Below, piece after piece: positions 21,960-33,575 of a DNA stretch of 64,000 nucleotides (the stretch's first letter is position 1; each line of letters opens with the position of its first letter). The position numbers were made by a program, and so were the translations under genes. Source of the DNA: Vairimorpha necatrix (lineage: Eukaryota); assembly GCA_036630325.1 (NCBI GenBank), contig CP142728.1, positions 1,178,001 to 1,242,000 on the forward strand. The letters are read 5' to 3'. The notes beneath the pieces are model-generated. The model ran no database searches. It was not told where the DNA came from and worked only from the letters and a program-made list of their open reading frames with translations.

Positions 21960-23141
21960 ATGAATGATTTTGAAACAGTAAAAAAATATTTTATAAATAT
22001 CGATTTTGATATTGTAGATAATTCTGAAGTATTAGATAACGTGTATAAAGAAATAAAAGGATATGAAGAGAAATTAATTTTAAATCTTGAATCAGTTCCA
22101 AATTTTGAATTATTAGTTCAGAAAAGCAATATTCAACAAATAGAAAAATTTTGTAAAAATATCAATATTCATTTTTTATCATTAAAAAAAACTGGTTCCA
22201 AATTTTTAGAAGTTCTTTATACGAAAATTCATGAAACAAAAGATGTTAAAAATGATTTAATTTATAAAAGTGCTTTTTCTCCTATAGTTGACAATTTTAA
22301 AGAGATTTTCGTTGATAAAAATGGAACACATGTGATCAGAAAATTTTTTATATGTTTTCATAGCGAAAATTTACAAGTTATGAATAATTTTAAAAATGAC
22401 ATTATTGAAATATTAGAAAATAGCATTTCTATTGATGTTTTAATTACGATAATCCACTATTTAAAAATTGTTCCTTCTAAAAAGGTACTAAGAGTTCTTA
22501 TTAGAAAATTTTTTAAGCCAGAATACATTTTTAACAAACTTTACACTTATATTTTTGAAGATATAATAAATTTAATAGATGAAAAAAGTTTAAAATTGAT
22601 TTTTGAGACTATCAAACCACATTTTAAAGAATATATGAATGACAAATTCGGGGTATTTTTAATTCTAGCTTTAATAAAGAATTTTCCGAATGAAACAGAG
22701 TTTTATTTTTCTCAATGTGAAATTGGTATGAAAAATTCTAATGTACTGCTAAAAGTAACTGAAAATTTTTGTAAACTTAAAAAAATCGAAAAAGTCCAAG
22801 AAATTTTGACTAATTTTTATGGATTTAAAAATGATATTTTTAAAAATTTTTTATTGAACCACACAGAATCACCAGATACTAAGTATATAAATTTAGTTAT
22901 TTTATTTATGGAAATGGATTTGTTTTATGTCAACGAAGATTTTACAAAATATTTTAAGGCTGAATGGGCACACAAGAAATTCGGGCTCAGTTTACTTTTA
23001 GGATTTTTTGAAGGTGGTGCTGACGATAAATTAAAATCTACTTTTGCTAAGGAACTGAATTTAAGTAGTGGATTAAATAAAAAGAAAGAAGGCAAAAAAA
23101 TTTTCAGTCTCGTTAAATCGTACAAGAAATATATAAAATAA
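21960..23141 (+). CDS. Pumilio-repeat-like protein, possibly Nop9
   Basis: DKNGTHVIRK and DKFGVFLI resemble Puf repeats; ATG at 21960 after CCCC. Confidence 0.55.
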   Translation: MNDFETVKKYFINIDFDIVDNSEVLDNVYKEIKGYEEKLILNLESVPNFELLVQKSNIQQIEKFCKNINIHFLSLKKTGSKFLEVLYTKIHETKDVKNDLIYKSAFSPIVDNFKEIFVDKNGTHVIRKFFICFHSENLQVMNNFKNDIIEILENSISIDVLITIIHYLKIVPSKKVLRVLIRKFFKPEYIFNKLYTYIFEDIINLIDEKSLKLIFETIKPHFKEYMNDKFGVFLILALIKNFPNETEFYFSQCEIGMKNSNVLLKVTENFCKLKKIEKVQEILTNFYGFKNDIFKNFLLNHTESPDTKYINLVILFMEMDLFYVNEDFTKYFKAEWAHKKFGLSLLLGFFEGGADDKLKSTFAKELNLSSGLNKKKEGKKIFSLVKSYKKYIK

Positions 23142-24102
23142 ATTTAATTTGAAGAAAATATTATATAATACGTATTTACTTCTTTAAAACATTAGCAATA
23201 ATTGTAAAATTACAATTAATATTTGTATATAATTGAACAACACAGTCTGAAAGTATTAAATAATGCATTTTAAGGAAATGTTTTTAAGTCTAAGATTTAG
23301 TATTCGGTGTAGATATTTAAAAATAGTTCAATAATAGCAAGTTTATTAGTAGCTAAATTTCGTTTAGTTTTGTTTTAGTATGATCTCGTTGAACGCACAA
23401 TGTATTTAATTATACAGTAAATAGATTAGATTTATAGATATTTTTATAAACATACACAGAAAAAAAATTTAGAGGCACTTGTAAGTTTCTATTAGATTTA
23501 TTAGCACAAAGACATTTTTATAACAAGTTTAAATTGAAATATTCGTTCGATTTTTAACACCAATTAAAAAAAAAATTCTTTAAAATTAAACTTGGGTTAT
23601 ATTGTGATTTTACTTGTATATGAAGATTATAAATATTATATTCTAGAGAAATATCGAATGAACAATGAAAAGATAATATATTTTTAATTTTTGATATTTT
23701 ATAAGATAAAGGAAATGATAACACTATGGAACTTTACTTAAAGATTTGGGGTTGTCCATAAAAATTAATGGCATATAGTACCATAATGTGTAAAGGAATT
23801 TGCTACCATTTGTATTTTAAACCTAAGAAGATTACTCAAGTTTGTAAAACGAGCAAATATATATAGTAAATGCAATTTTTAAAGTCGCGAAGCATTCCGA
23901 GAAAACTTCATAAATGTATCTACAAAACCATTTTTTTTTTGCGAAGTGTCTTGGCATAGATTCTCATAAAAAGTAAATGTGCCAAATAGAGAAAAGTATC
24001 AACTATTGTAAATATATTGTGTTTTTTGCTACAACTTGGGCAGTCCGTTTATATCCGATTACAGTTTGAGTCAAAATGTACAATTTGATACGTAATGAAT
24101 TA

Positions 24103-25310
24103 TTTTTGCAAGTAAAAGGCAAGGAGAAACCTGACAAAATGACCAAAAAATATACGTATGATTCAAGTTTAACTAGTATTTTGAGTTTCTTACGCACTAT
24201 AATTTCATCCATATAACTTTTTGAATTAGTATATCTCCTATCGTTCGGCTTTGCTTAGATTAATCGGTTACCATCTATATCACTATCTATAAGATTCACC
24301 TGAAAGTATCTTATCATATACGGGATTAATAACACAGGAGAGATAGTACCGTACTGGCACAACCCCCCCCCTTTCAACTGAATCTCAGAAACCCATTTTT
24401 AATGGACTGCGTTGACCACTTTTTTTTTGCAGTAAGAGGTAGGAAGAAACCAGAGAATTTTAGCTGTGATCCTCATCCAATTAGTACTGTGAGATTCATA
24501 CTCATTAAAACTCCCTCCATACAACTTGCCGGTGCAGCAAGCTCCGCCGTATACATTAGACTTTGCTCCAGGAGAACACTTATTATTTATACCTCAAATC
24601 GCGTCCAGAGTGACCTCCCAGCGAATATACTTAACGGGCATGGTTATCTATAACCTGAGGAGAGACATCATCGTACTGACTCAAAGGTCCCTACAATCAT
24701 CTGTATCGCACACACGGCTCCTTACACGACCACATCCCCAGCCCGGCATTTTTATTGGACTGTGTTGACCACCAGTCTCCCACTAGTTTCGGCCACCATG
24801 TTACAGAATCTTGTAGGATAGGGTCCACGAGATTTTCTATTGCCCTGCTTCGTCTAGTCTCTTAGTAGGCTTTAGGATTCACTCTAGAGTCCTCAGCCAT
24901 GGGCTCCAACTAGCCCGTACCCATTAGATACTTTTATGTATCATTAAGTCCCCACAAGGGTGATACTGTTTGGCTAAGGGGTGCGTTTCTACACTATATG
25001 ATAATCCCCTCGTGGCTGGACACACACAAGTTTCATTGAATCAACTTAAAAATCATCGTGGACATTTTCATCATCTGAGTTGTTCCGACTGCATCATGAA
25101 AAGTAGAAACAATTTTGGTGCCCTTGGGAATCGAACCCAGCCATTGCTCAATGGAAGCATCGCCTTCTACCACTGTGCTAAGGGCACTTTGCGTTGACCA
25201 TTTACCTTCTGTCAATTTCGACCACTGTGTTACAGAATCCTGTAAGATATTGTCCACGACACCTTTTATTTCTTTATTTCGTTCAGTCTCTTAATTAACC
25301 TTATAAAATT
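24103..25310 (-). mobile_element. Old SINE copy split by insertion of a younger copy (pieces 24103-24418 and 25190-~25310)
   Basis: ttgcaagtaaaaggcaaggagaa matches the SINE 3' end; similarity stops at tgcgttgacca and resumes at the same motif after the young copy. Confidence 0.75.
24420..25189 (-). mobile_element. tRNA-headed SINE, full-length young copy
   Basis: tRNA-like head at 25116-25187; A9 tail (T-run 24420-24428); 11-bp TSD tgcgttgacca at 24408-24418 and 25190-25200. Confidence 0.9.
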
Positions 25311-25379
25311 TATGCATGATAAATTTAAATAAAAACATAATAAATTTTTAGAAATAAAATTCGTTTCTTAATTTTTTAT

Positions 25380-25979
25380 TCAAATAAGTTTTTTGGTCTT
25401 AAAGAAATTTCTCAGTTGTTGTAACAAGTACACTTCCACAAATACGTAAATACACAGCACAAAAGAAGACAATACCATAGCCAAAAAGAACATTTTCTTA
25501 TTCTCTTGTTCCACTAGTGACATTTTCCTTATTAATCTGTCAATGTGATCATTCATTTCTTGCATAACATTCCCAATTTTAGTCAGGGAATATGTGGCGG
25601 GTTCAACTCTGACTTGTTTGGCCACATCTTTCCTGAAAGTATCAAATTGTGTCTCAAAATGCACTTCTAGTTCAGAAGTATGTTTCTTTGATTTCTCTGG
25701 CCAAGATGGTATAATTGTACAAATTAGATCTTTGTTGTCAGTTACATTAAATGAGAAATCTTTTCTCTCATTTTTATAAATTTCTGTCTCGAAATATTTG
25801 TGGCCGTCTTTTGTTATTATTGAGATTTTGAAGTCTCCATAAGAAGAAAGTGTTGGTTGGAAATATCCTTTACAAATTTGGTCGCCAGTAACGTCAAAGA
25901 CTATTTCTCGCTTTTTGGTTGTTTCATTAAACATGAGGATTTCACAAGATAAATTTGTAAGAAAAAGCAGAAAGAACAT
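25380..25979 (-). CDS. p24/emp24/gp25L family cargo receptor (Erv25-like)
   Basis: Signal peptide, GOLD-like region, coiled coil, TM and LRNFFKTKKLI tail; ATG at 25979 after CCCC. Confidence 0.9.
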   Translation of the reverse strand: MFFLLFLTNLSCEILMFNETTKKREIVFDVTGDQICKGYFQPTLSSYGDFKISIITKDGHKYFETEIYKNERKDFSFNVTDNKDLICTIIPSWPEKSKKHTSELEVHFETQFDTFRKDVAKQVRVEPATYSLTKIGNVMQEMNDHIDRLIRKMSLVEQENKKMFFLAMVLSSFVLCIYVFVEVYLLQQLRNFFKTKKLI

Positions 25980-26103
25980 TTTAGGGGTAGAAAAAAAAAC
26001 AGAAGAAAAATAAAAGCAAAGTCGAGATTTATTTATTCCTACATGGATTTTTAATCTTACAATCCAATGTCTAATATACATGCTTATGAATTATATAAAT
26101 AAA

Positions 26104-29100
26104 TTATTTTAAGAATTTTTTGGTTTTGTTGTTTATTAAAATATCTTCCTGTAAATATTTCACATATTCCTCCTCTTCAAATATGAGGACTTTTTTCCTA
26201 TTTGATATTTGTAAAATATCAAATAAAGAATAAAATTCATTCTCATTGTTTCTACAAGTCAAAAATATAATGAAAATATTTTTATCTGTCATTTTCGCAT
26301 CTTCTAACGTGACAATACAAATACTATTTTCTTCTATCTTTTTAATATCATGATGAATCTTCTTATTCATATTCTTTCCTTTCTCTAAATTTATAAGAGC
26401 ATGTCTTGTTTTTAATTCTTGGTTTAATAATTTGTAGTCCGATTTTGATCTGCAAATTAACAAAACTGGTCTGTCAACTTGACAATATTCTAAAGAAATA
26501 TTGATAAATTGTCTTATAAATTCCTTATAAGAAGAAATATGTGACACATAGAACTCGATATTCAGTAAATATTTCCCACTAAGAATCATCTGCCCAGAAC
26601 TAGAAGATTGTCTTCTTATGACGTCATCTACTAATTTCAAGTGGGCGCATTCTGAGTTCAAATTTAATAGCGAAATTTCTTGATTCTTTTCTGTACAGAA
26701 ATGGTATCCAGTAAGTAAGAAAAAATCCAAAGAATTGTTTATTTCTACGGGAACATGTGCTTGATGAAATTTATTATTTTCTATGTCATAAATTTCTACT
26801 TTGATTATTTCGTCTTTTGTCTTGTTTACGTAGGTAGTTAAATTTCTGTAGCCTTTTTTTATAAAAAATGGCTCATTTTGATCAAATAAAATTATCCAAA
26901 AAGATTTAAAATTTTCTGATCTAAAAGTTAATTTGTAAAAATTTTTACATTTTTCAATTTTAATAATAAAATTTTTTCTACTACTACTAATAGAAGAAAT
27001 AAAGTTATTTCTACTATAATTATAAGTATTACTACTATAATTATGAGTATTACTACCATTATTTATATTTTTCTTGTATTTAAATTTACTTGAAATTTTA
27101 AGTGAAATTAATAATAAATTCCATCTTTTTAAATGTTCTAAAAATTCTAAAAATCCATCAAAAATTCTTTCTATATTTTTCCCTATAAAACTTAAATCAC
27201 ATTTTAAGGCAAAATTACTCACAGGATATTTTTTCATATGAGCATGTGTCAAAATAAATAATTTAAAATCTACATCTTTCTGAAAATTATTAAAACTTTG
27301 TTCATTTACATTAGTACTTAAATTTACAAGTAAATTCATATTTGATCCCATTTCTATTAAATGAAAATCCTCTTCTTCTCTATATTGTATATTCCGAAAA
27401 TCTTTATTTTTTAATGTTAATTTTATGACGTCATCTTTTGAAATTAAAAAATCCAAATTTTCTAGCCATGAAATTATCGTCTCATGATCTAAATAATAAA
27501 AAGAAGAAATTCTACCAAACACAGTGGAATTAAAATTCCACTGTGTAAAATTATTTGTATCATTTTTATTAATGTTAATCAATTTACATTCTTCTAATCT
27601 TTTTATAGAAAGATAAATATATTCAGAAAGAACAGTGTCTTCATTATTTTTATCTTCTTCTTTTAATCCATAAAAACTTGGATTTTTTAACATTCTCAAA
27701 TACATGAAAGTGTTTTTAAACCAAATTAAACCATCAGAAATATTATTAATATTTCTTAAATAAATTTCTGAATTCATGAAATTTACTACATGTTTTAAAA
27801 GACGACTTTCAATTTCTTGATTATTTTTTATCATTTTTAAATAATTTCCTACTTTTTTATATTCTGTCATTAAAATTGCTTCACCTTTGATTTTAAATTG
27901 TGGTCTGCCTGCTCTACCAAAAATCTGGAAAATGTCTAAAATTCCTAAATCTTTAAATTTGCCTAAATTTGAATCATAAAAAAGTGTGTTTTTTATTATT
28001 ACAGTTTGAGCTGGTAAATTTACACCCCAAGCTAAAGTACTCGTACATACTAAAATATCAATTTCGCCTTTTTTGAATTTATTTTCCATATAAAGTCTTA
28101 TATTTCTTGGTAAACCTGCGTGATGAACTCCCAATTTGTAAGTTAACAAATATTCTAAAATGTCATTTAATTTGCATTTATGATCTAAATTTGTTATAAA
28201 ATCAGGATTTATTAATAATTTGGCTGTATTTATAGTTTCATACCTGGAATTTACAAATACTAGAATTTGTTTGTTATTCCTTCTAAATTTGTTTATTAAT
28301 TCTAAAAAAATTTCATCAATTTGTTTTTTCTTTAAATTTTGATAAAAACCAATTATCGATGTTTTAAGTGGAACTGGTCGATATTTTTGATCAAAATTAA
28401 AAATTTTATCTGTTTTTAAAAATTTTCCAACATCTTCATAATTTGGTAAAGTAGCTGACAATCCTAAAATTCTAATATGTTTTTGTTTTAATTCTATAAA
28501 TCTAAAAATTCTACTTATTATGGCTTCTAAAACACTACCTCTGTCGTCTTGTAACATGTGAATTTCATCAATAATTACTAAATTTAAAAAATTTTGAAAA
28601 ATATTATCAAGTTTACGAGTGTAAGCGTCAAATTTTTCTGGTGTACAAATTATGACGTCACTGCTTATTAATTCTTTATTTGGTATTTCTGTGTCACCTG
28701 TAAATTCTATAATTTTATGATTTTTCAATTTATTTTTATATTTTTGAGTTATTTCACTTGCTAAAGCTTTCATTGGCACTATGTAGACGATTTTAGATTT
28801 GTCTTTTTTTAGAGCTCTCAAAATGCTTAAAAATGCCACATCTGTTTTCCCAGACCCTGTCGGAGCAGAAACTAGGAAATTTGAATCTGTTTTATAAGCA
28901 CAATGAAATATTTCTGATTGTACAGGATTGAATTTAGAATATTCGAAATATTTTGAATCTTCTCCTGTACATTCTACAGATATGAGATTTTTTTCATTTA
29001 TTTCTATTGTTTTAAATTCTGGTAGACAAAATTCTACATAATTTTTATGATTTTGACCATTTTCATCTTGAAAATTGAAAAAATCTCTGTGTTGACAGAT

Positions 29101-29250
29101 TTTTTCAATTTCTTCAATATTTTCATAACCAAATAGTTCTAATAATTCTTCTTGATAAGTTTCCTTTTTTAAAGCGTGTTTTATCATTCTGGTTAATTCG
29201 AAAGTTGTAATGTTTAATTTTTCAGAAAGTGATTTTATGATTTCCTCCAT
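26104..29250 (-). CDS. Ski2-like DExH helicase with Sec63 domain, Slh1/ASCC3-type
   Basis: APTGSGKT, DEIH, LSATLPN, TSTLAWGVNLPA; DLGILDIFQIFGRAGRPQF fits ASCC3/Slh1 better than Brr2. Confidence 0.85.
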   Translation of the reverse strand: MEEIIKSLSEKLNITTFELTRMIKHALKKETYQEELLELFGYENIEEIEKICQHRDFFNFQDENGQNHKNYVEFCLPEFKTIEINEKNLISVECTGEDSKYFEYSKFNPVQSEIFHCAYKTDSNFLVSAPTGSGKTDVAFLSILRALKKDKSKIVYIVPMKALASEITQKYKNKLKNHKIIEFTGDTEIPNKELISSDVIICTPEKFDAYTRKLDNIFQNFLNLVIIDEIHMLQDDRGSVLEAIISRIFRFIELKQKHIRILGLSATLPNYEDVGKFLKTDKIFNFDQKYRPVPLKTSIIGFYQNLKKKQIDEIFLELINKFRRNNKQILVFVNSRYETINTAKLLINPDFITNLDHKCKLNDILEYLLTYKLGVHHAGLPRNIRLYMENKFKKGEIDILVCTSTLAWGVNLPAQTVIIKNTLFYDSNLGKFKDLGILDIFQIFGRAGRPQFKIKGEAILMTEYKKVGNYLKMIKNNQEIESRLLKHVVNFMNSEIYLRNINNISDGLIWFKNTFMYLRMLKNPSFYGLKEEDKNNEDTVLSEYIYLSIKRLEECKLININKNDTNNFTQWNFNSTVFGRISSFYYLDHETIISWLENLDFLISKDDVIKLTLKNKDFRNIQYREEEDFHLIEMGSNMNLLVNLSTNVNEQSFNNFQKDVDFKLFILTHAHMKKYPVSNFALKCDLSFIGKNIERIFDGFLEFLEHLKRWNLLLISLKISSKFKYKKNINNGSNTHNYSSNTYNYSRNNFISSISSSRKNFIIKIEKCKNFYKLTFRSENFKSFWIILFDQNEPFFIKKGYRNLTTYVNKTKDEIIKVEIYDIENNKFHQAHVPVEINNSLDFFLLTGYHFCTEKNQEISLLNLNSECAHLKLVDDVIRRQSSSSGQMILSGKYLLNIEFYVSHISSYKEFIRQFINISLEYCQVDRPVLLICRSKSDYKLLNQELKTRHALINLEKGKNMNKKIHHDIKKIEENSICIVTLEDAKMTDKNIFIIFLTCRNNENEFYSLFDILQISNRKKVLIFEEEEYVKYLQEDILINNKTKKFLK

Positions 29251-30976
29251 TTAGCCCTGCATAAACAATATTTTTTAAAAATGCAAAGACAAAGCTAAAA
29301 AAGCAGAGCCTATAAATAGAATACGGAACAAGACCGAAATATAAAGTGAGAACGAGGCTGACGAACTGTGCGTATCTCTTAAGAGAATGCGAAGAGGAGA
29401 ATTTATTCTATATAAACAAAGCATTACAAATAATTTTGAAATTGGTTGTACATATAAGTACAAGCATTATAACTAAAAAAATCAACTGTACAAAAAAAAC
29501 AAAGATTAGGTATAAAGCTTTTTATTATTTTTTCAAGAAATAGATATAGATAAATTTAGATATTAAGTTATCTTGAATATTTTTATAATAGAAGAAAAGA
29601 CACAACGAGGTAAATTGTTGTATATCTCTCTTTTTATATTATTGTCACACGACATCCTTCCTGTATCTCCTACGATAAATATAGGTTTCACGGCCGTGAT
29701 TCATCGACTGTAATATATCTAGTCGGCCGAGCCGCCATTAACTTATACGGGACGAATCCTAAAGAATCTGTTCAAAGCTTCAATATCCAAGTCTGGAAAT
29801 GCGCATAGAGGATAACTGCACCTTTGATGGATGACAAGTTTGATACATATTAAAAATAAAACAAAAAGGATAAATCTTCAACATTCCCTCGGGACCTGAG
29901 AAAAGCAAGAGTCAATAGACATTTGCAAATACAAATTATTTTAACACGCAGAGCACCTAAGATGTTTCAACTACAAGAACATATAAAAATTAGAAGATTA
30001 GTGGACACTCAGTACAAGAGATCATGGAAAATGAAACTAGAATGAGCAGATAGAAATAGATGTTCTATGCTATATAAGCTAGATATTACATCTATAAATA
30101 ATTGAAAATATAATATCAAATATAACAATGTAAAGCTTAAAAAATTCAGTTATGAGCAATACATAAATTAAGACAAAAATAGACTATATTAAATTGGCAT
30201 GGATAGTGAAAATAACACAGAAAACAATAAACGAATTAGATTGAGATACAATTTTTAAGGCAGCAAAGAAAAAACAGTTATTTTACCTGTAGTAAATGTA
30301 AGTATTAAAATACAGAACGAAAAAAATATAAAGGAACTATAATCAACTGAGGCTTTAAATCATGTGTACCTTTTGCTTGAAAATTGTAAAAAAATATTAA
30401 AATTATCTTCTGGTAGTTGCTGCATGATGTTGACCAAGCAACTAAATTGTCCTAAAGATGCTCATCAATTTTGTTGCGGCGAAGCATTTGTAAGCTAAAC
30501 TTAGAGTTGTTCAGCAAATAAAATATCTTGAAAACATACAGTATAATTTCAAACCACTAGAAAACTTTTAATTTCAATTGTAAAAATTTTCCATTGAGGT
30601 AATTAGCCTCAATACACATACATTTTATGTCTTAACCACAAGTTCCGCCAGTTTTTGGTATGGTCTATGTGTCAAATATGCTATAAAATGTGCTTATATT
30701 GCTCTATTTAAGGCTGAGAATAAGTTAAATACAAATAGAAACGAATTTAGTTGATTTCATGTCATGTTAAAAACACAATGCATGTTTTAGTACTGTAAGC
30801 ATTAGATGAATATTCTACATTTTAGGAACTGTTAAACTTATAAATAACTATCTGAAATGTTTAATAGAAGATATGGATAAACTAGCTTCTGTTGCAGCCT
30901 ACACAATTAATAAAATATTTTTTACAAATATGACGCAAATGCGATATTTGAAATACATAAAAAATTTTATTTTTTT

Positions 30977-31903
30977 TTACTTTTTAATTAATATTTTAGA
31001 TATTCCTAAAAGATACAAATATATAAAACATATAAGCCCGTATCTAAAATGTATGAGGTACAAAGCCAGTGCCAGAAATATTCTCTCATTCTTAAACATT
31101 AATATTACAGGACATAAAACAGGTATAAAATAAACCAAACACAAGCTGAAAAATGTTATAAAAATATTCCCTGTTTTGCTCTGGTCTACCCAGTCAAGTA
31201 AATGGCACAAAAAGGTCAAAATAGTAAAAATCAAGAAATCATTAATATCGAGATTAGTCTCCAAAAAAGGAATATAAAAATATTTCCCTGAACTAAAAGA
31301 CTCAATATTATTAATATTCCTTAAAAATGTAAAAAACTGCTTAATATTCTTCCTAGAATATTCTAATTGGATATTAAGACTAAATCCAAAATTGAGATCT
31401 GGTTGATAAACTAAATCGTCAATTTTAAATCTATACTTATTAGGAAAATAGAATCTGGAAATACTAGCCAAATCTGAATTTGGCTGCGTATTTCTTAATA
31501 AATTAATACTAGTAAAATTCTCATCTCCAAATGAGAGATAAATTACGGTAAAATATTTGGAATATAATTTACGAGCAAATGTCAAGACTATCTCCCTGTA
31601 AGAACATTTAAAATCTTTTATTGATCCATAAATTAAGTCGAAATAAATTAGATCTTTCGGGTCGCAGAGGATTAAAATGGTATTGGCTGGGGATTTTATA
31701 GAAGAAAATTCGTCTATAAATTTCTTAGGTAGAATTTTGTAAGGATATTCTAACTTTTTAAATAATAAATCATTAGAAGAGACATTTGTGTCTGAAGGTT
31801 TCTTGAAAATGAAGAGTGTGGCAAGAAATAATAAAATGAATTGTATACAATGTTTTTGTTTGTAAACAACATGTTTATATTTTAGCAAATATTTGACAAG
31901 CAT
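30977..31903 (-). CDS. Reduced GPI transamidase subunit Gaa1-like
   Basis: N-terminal TM; QPNSDL (compare Gaa1 LPNLDL); NINNIESFSSGKYFYI (compare LNNLLExFHQSFFFYL); C-terminal TMs. Confidence 0.6.
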   Translation of the reverse strand: MLVKYLLKYKHVVYKQKHCIQFILLFLATLFIFKKPSDTNVSSNDLLFKKLEYPYKILPKKFIDEFSSIKSPANTILILCDPKDLIYFDLIYGSIKDFKCSYREIVLTFARKLYSKYFTVIYLSFGDENFTSINLLRNTQPNSDLASISRFYFPNKYRFKIDDLVYQPDLNFGFSLNIQLEYSRKNIKQFFTFLRNINNIESFSSGKYFYIPFLETNLDINDFLIFTILTFLCHLLDWVDQSKTGNIFITFFSLCLVYFIPVLCPVILMFKNERIFLALALYLIHFRYGLICFIYLYLLGISKILIKK

Positions 31904-32359
31904 GTCTTTTTAGAAAAGGGCAAGATAAAAAAATCTTTGGCCACTTAGTTCTAGCCAAAATGGATCAAGGCTTCAAATAACGTCAATATATAAAATTAAA
32001 ACAAATGATCTGTAAACTGTAAAAAACAGAATTACAATTTTACACATCATTATAAAAACAAATAAATAGACAAATTATAAGAAAAATAAAAAAAATCAAC
32101 AAATAATTTAATTTAAAAATACAAATAAATAACCTTAAATTCAATTTATGTTTATATAGTCATGTAAACAAATAAAAAGCCTAATTAAATAAGGAACTTA
32201 ACAAATATCTAATTTAATTTAACCTTGAAATAACTAAAATTAAGACGTTATTTTGAGAGATTTAAAAACAAATAGATTTTATATTTTTTAAAACCTGAAA
32301 CATAGCGCACCAATTAAATCGATTCTTTGTCTATAAAAAAGATTTTTTTTCTAGAAATT

Positions 32360-33343
32360 ATGGGTTACAAGGTCGGTATAAATGGATTCGGACGAATTGG
32401 TAAATTAGTCTTTAAAATTCTAAGAGATCGAGGAATAGAAGTTCCTCTTGTAAATGATCCTTTCTTGGACATTTCTTACATGTATTATCTTCTAAAATAC
32501 GACACTGTCTATGGAAATGATTCGAAAGTCGAAATAAAAAAAGATAAAATTTTTTACAACAACAAAGAGACAACTTTATCTACTTGTAAAAGTCCTTCGG
32601 AGATAGAATGGAAGAAATATAATGTGGATTACGTCATAGAATGCACTGGCGTATTTAAAAATATCGAAGATTGTGAATTACACAAAGATGTAAAAAATAT
32701 AATAATTTCTGCGCCAAGTGAAGATGCGCCAATGTTTGTTTATGGAGTAAATCATGATAAATACAACGGCGAGCGTGTTATAAGTAATGCCAGTTGTACT
32801 ACTAATTGTCTAGCACCTTTGGCTAATATAATTAATAAACATTTTGGTATTGAAGAAGGACTGATGACAACAGTACACGCCGCGACAGCGACTCAGAAGA
32901 TAGTTGATGGAATAACTAAGAAAAATAAAAGAGACGGGCGAAGTGGAATGCAGAATATTATACCTGCTTCTACTGGGGCAGCAAAGGCAGTAGGGAAAGT
33001 TATACCAGAATTGAATGGAAAACTTAATGGAATGGCCATGAGAATACCAATACTTGATGTAAGTGTAGTTGATTTGACAGTGAGATTGAAAAAGAAGACG
33101 AGTCTTGAAGATATAAAAAATGTTTTTTATGAGGAAAGCGAAAAGATACCAAATGTTTTAGGAGTTACTGAAGAAGATGTGGTAAGTTCTGACTTCATAA
33201 AAGATGAGAGAAGTTGTATTTTCGATTTTAAAGCCAGTATGCAAATGGGCGACAAATTTTTCAAATTGATTGCGTGGTACGACAATGAATTTGGATATGC
33301 GACACGGATAGCAGATTTAGTTGACTATGTTTCTAAGAAATAA
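32360..33343 (+). CDS. GAPDH: Glyceraldehyde-3-phosphate dehydrogenase
   Basis: INGFGRIG, SNASCTTNCLAP and WYDNE motifs; ATG at 32360. Confidence 0.98.
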   Translation: MGYKVGINGFGRIGKLVFKILRDRGIEVPLVNDPFLDISYMYYLLKYDTVYGNDSKVEIKKDKIFYNNKETTLSTCKSPSEIEWKKYNVDYVIECTGVFKNIEDCELHKDVKNIIISAPSEDAPMFVYGVNHDKYNGERVISNASCTTNCLAPLANIINKHFGIEEGLMTTVHAATATQKIVDGITKKNKRDGRSGMQNIIPASTGAAKAVGKVIPELNGKLNGMAMRIPILDVSVVDLTVRLKKKTSLEDIKNVFYEESEKIPNVLGVTEEDVVSSDFIKDERSCIFDFKASMQMGDKFFKLIAWYDNEFGYATRIADLVDYVSKK

Positions 33344-33575
33344 AAGGTATGTTTTTGTAAAAAAAAATTTAACAAATATTTTTTAATAATTTAAAAGTTT
33401 AATAAAACAATATGGCAAATGTTTACTACAATATTACATTGAAACAAAATTTATCATTTTCAATGCTAATAATAATCATAGTATTAAAATTTTGTTTAAT
33501 TTTAAAATATTGAATTTTTTGTTTGTAATACAAAAAAACATTGTTTGGTGCCAAATTCCCCTTCTTTAAACCCCC

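Noticed and set aside
29275-30800. Possible decayed gene or retroelement
   Set aside because: No recognisable motif or repeat partner found.
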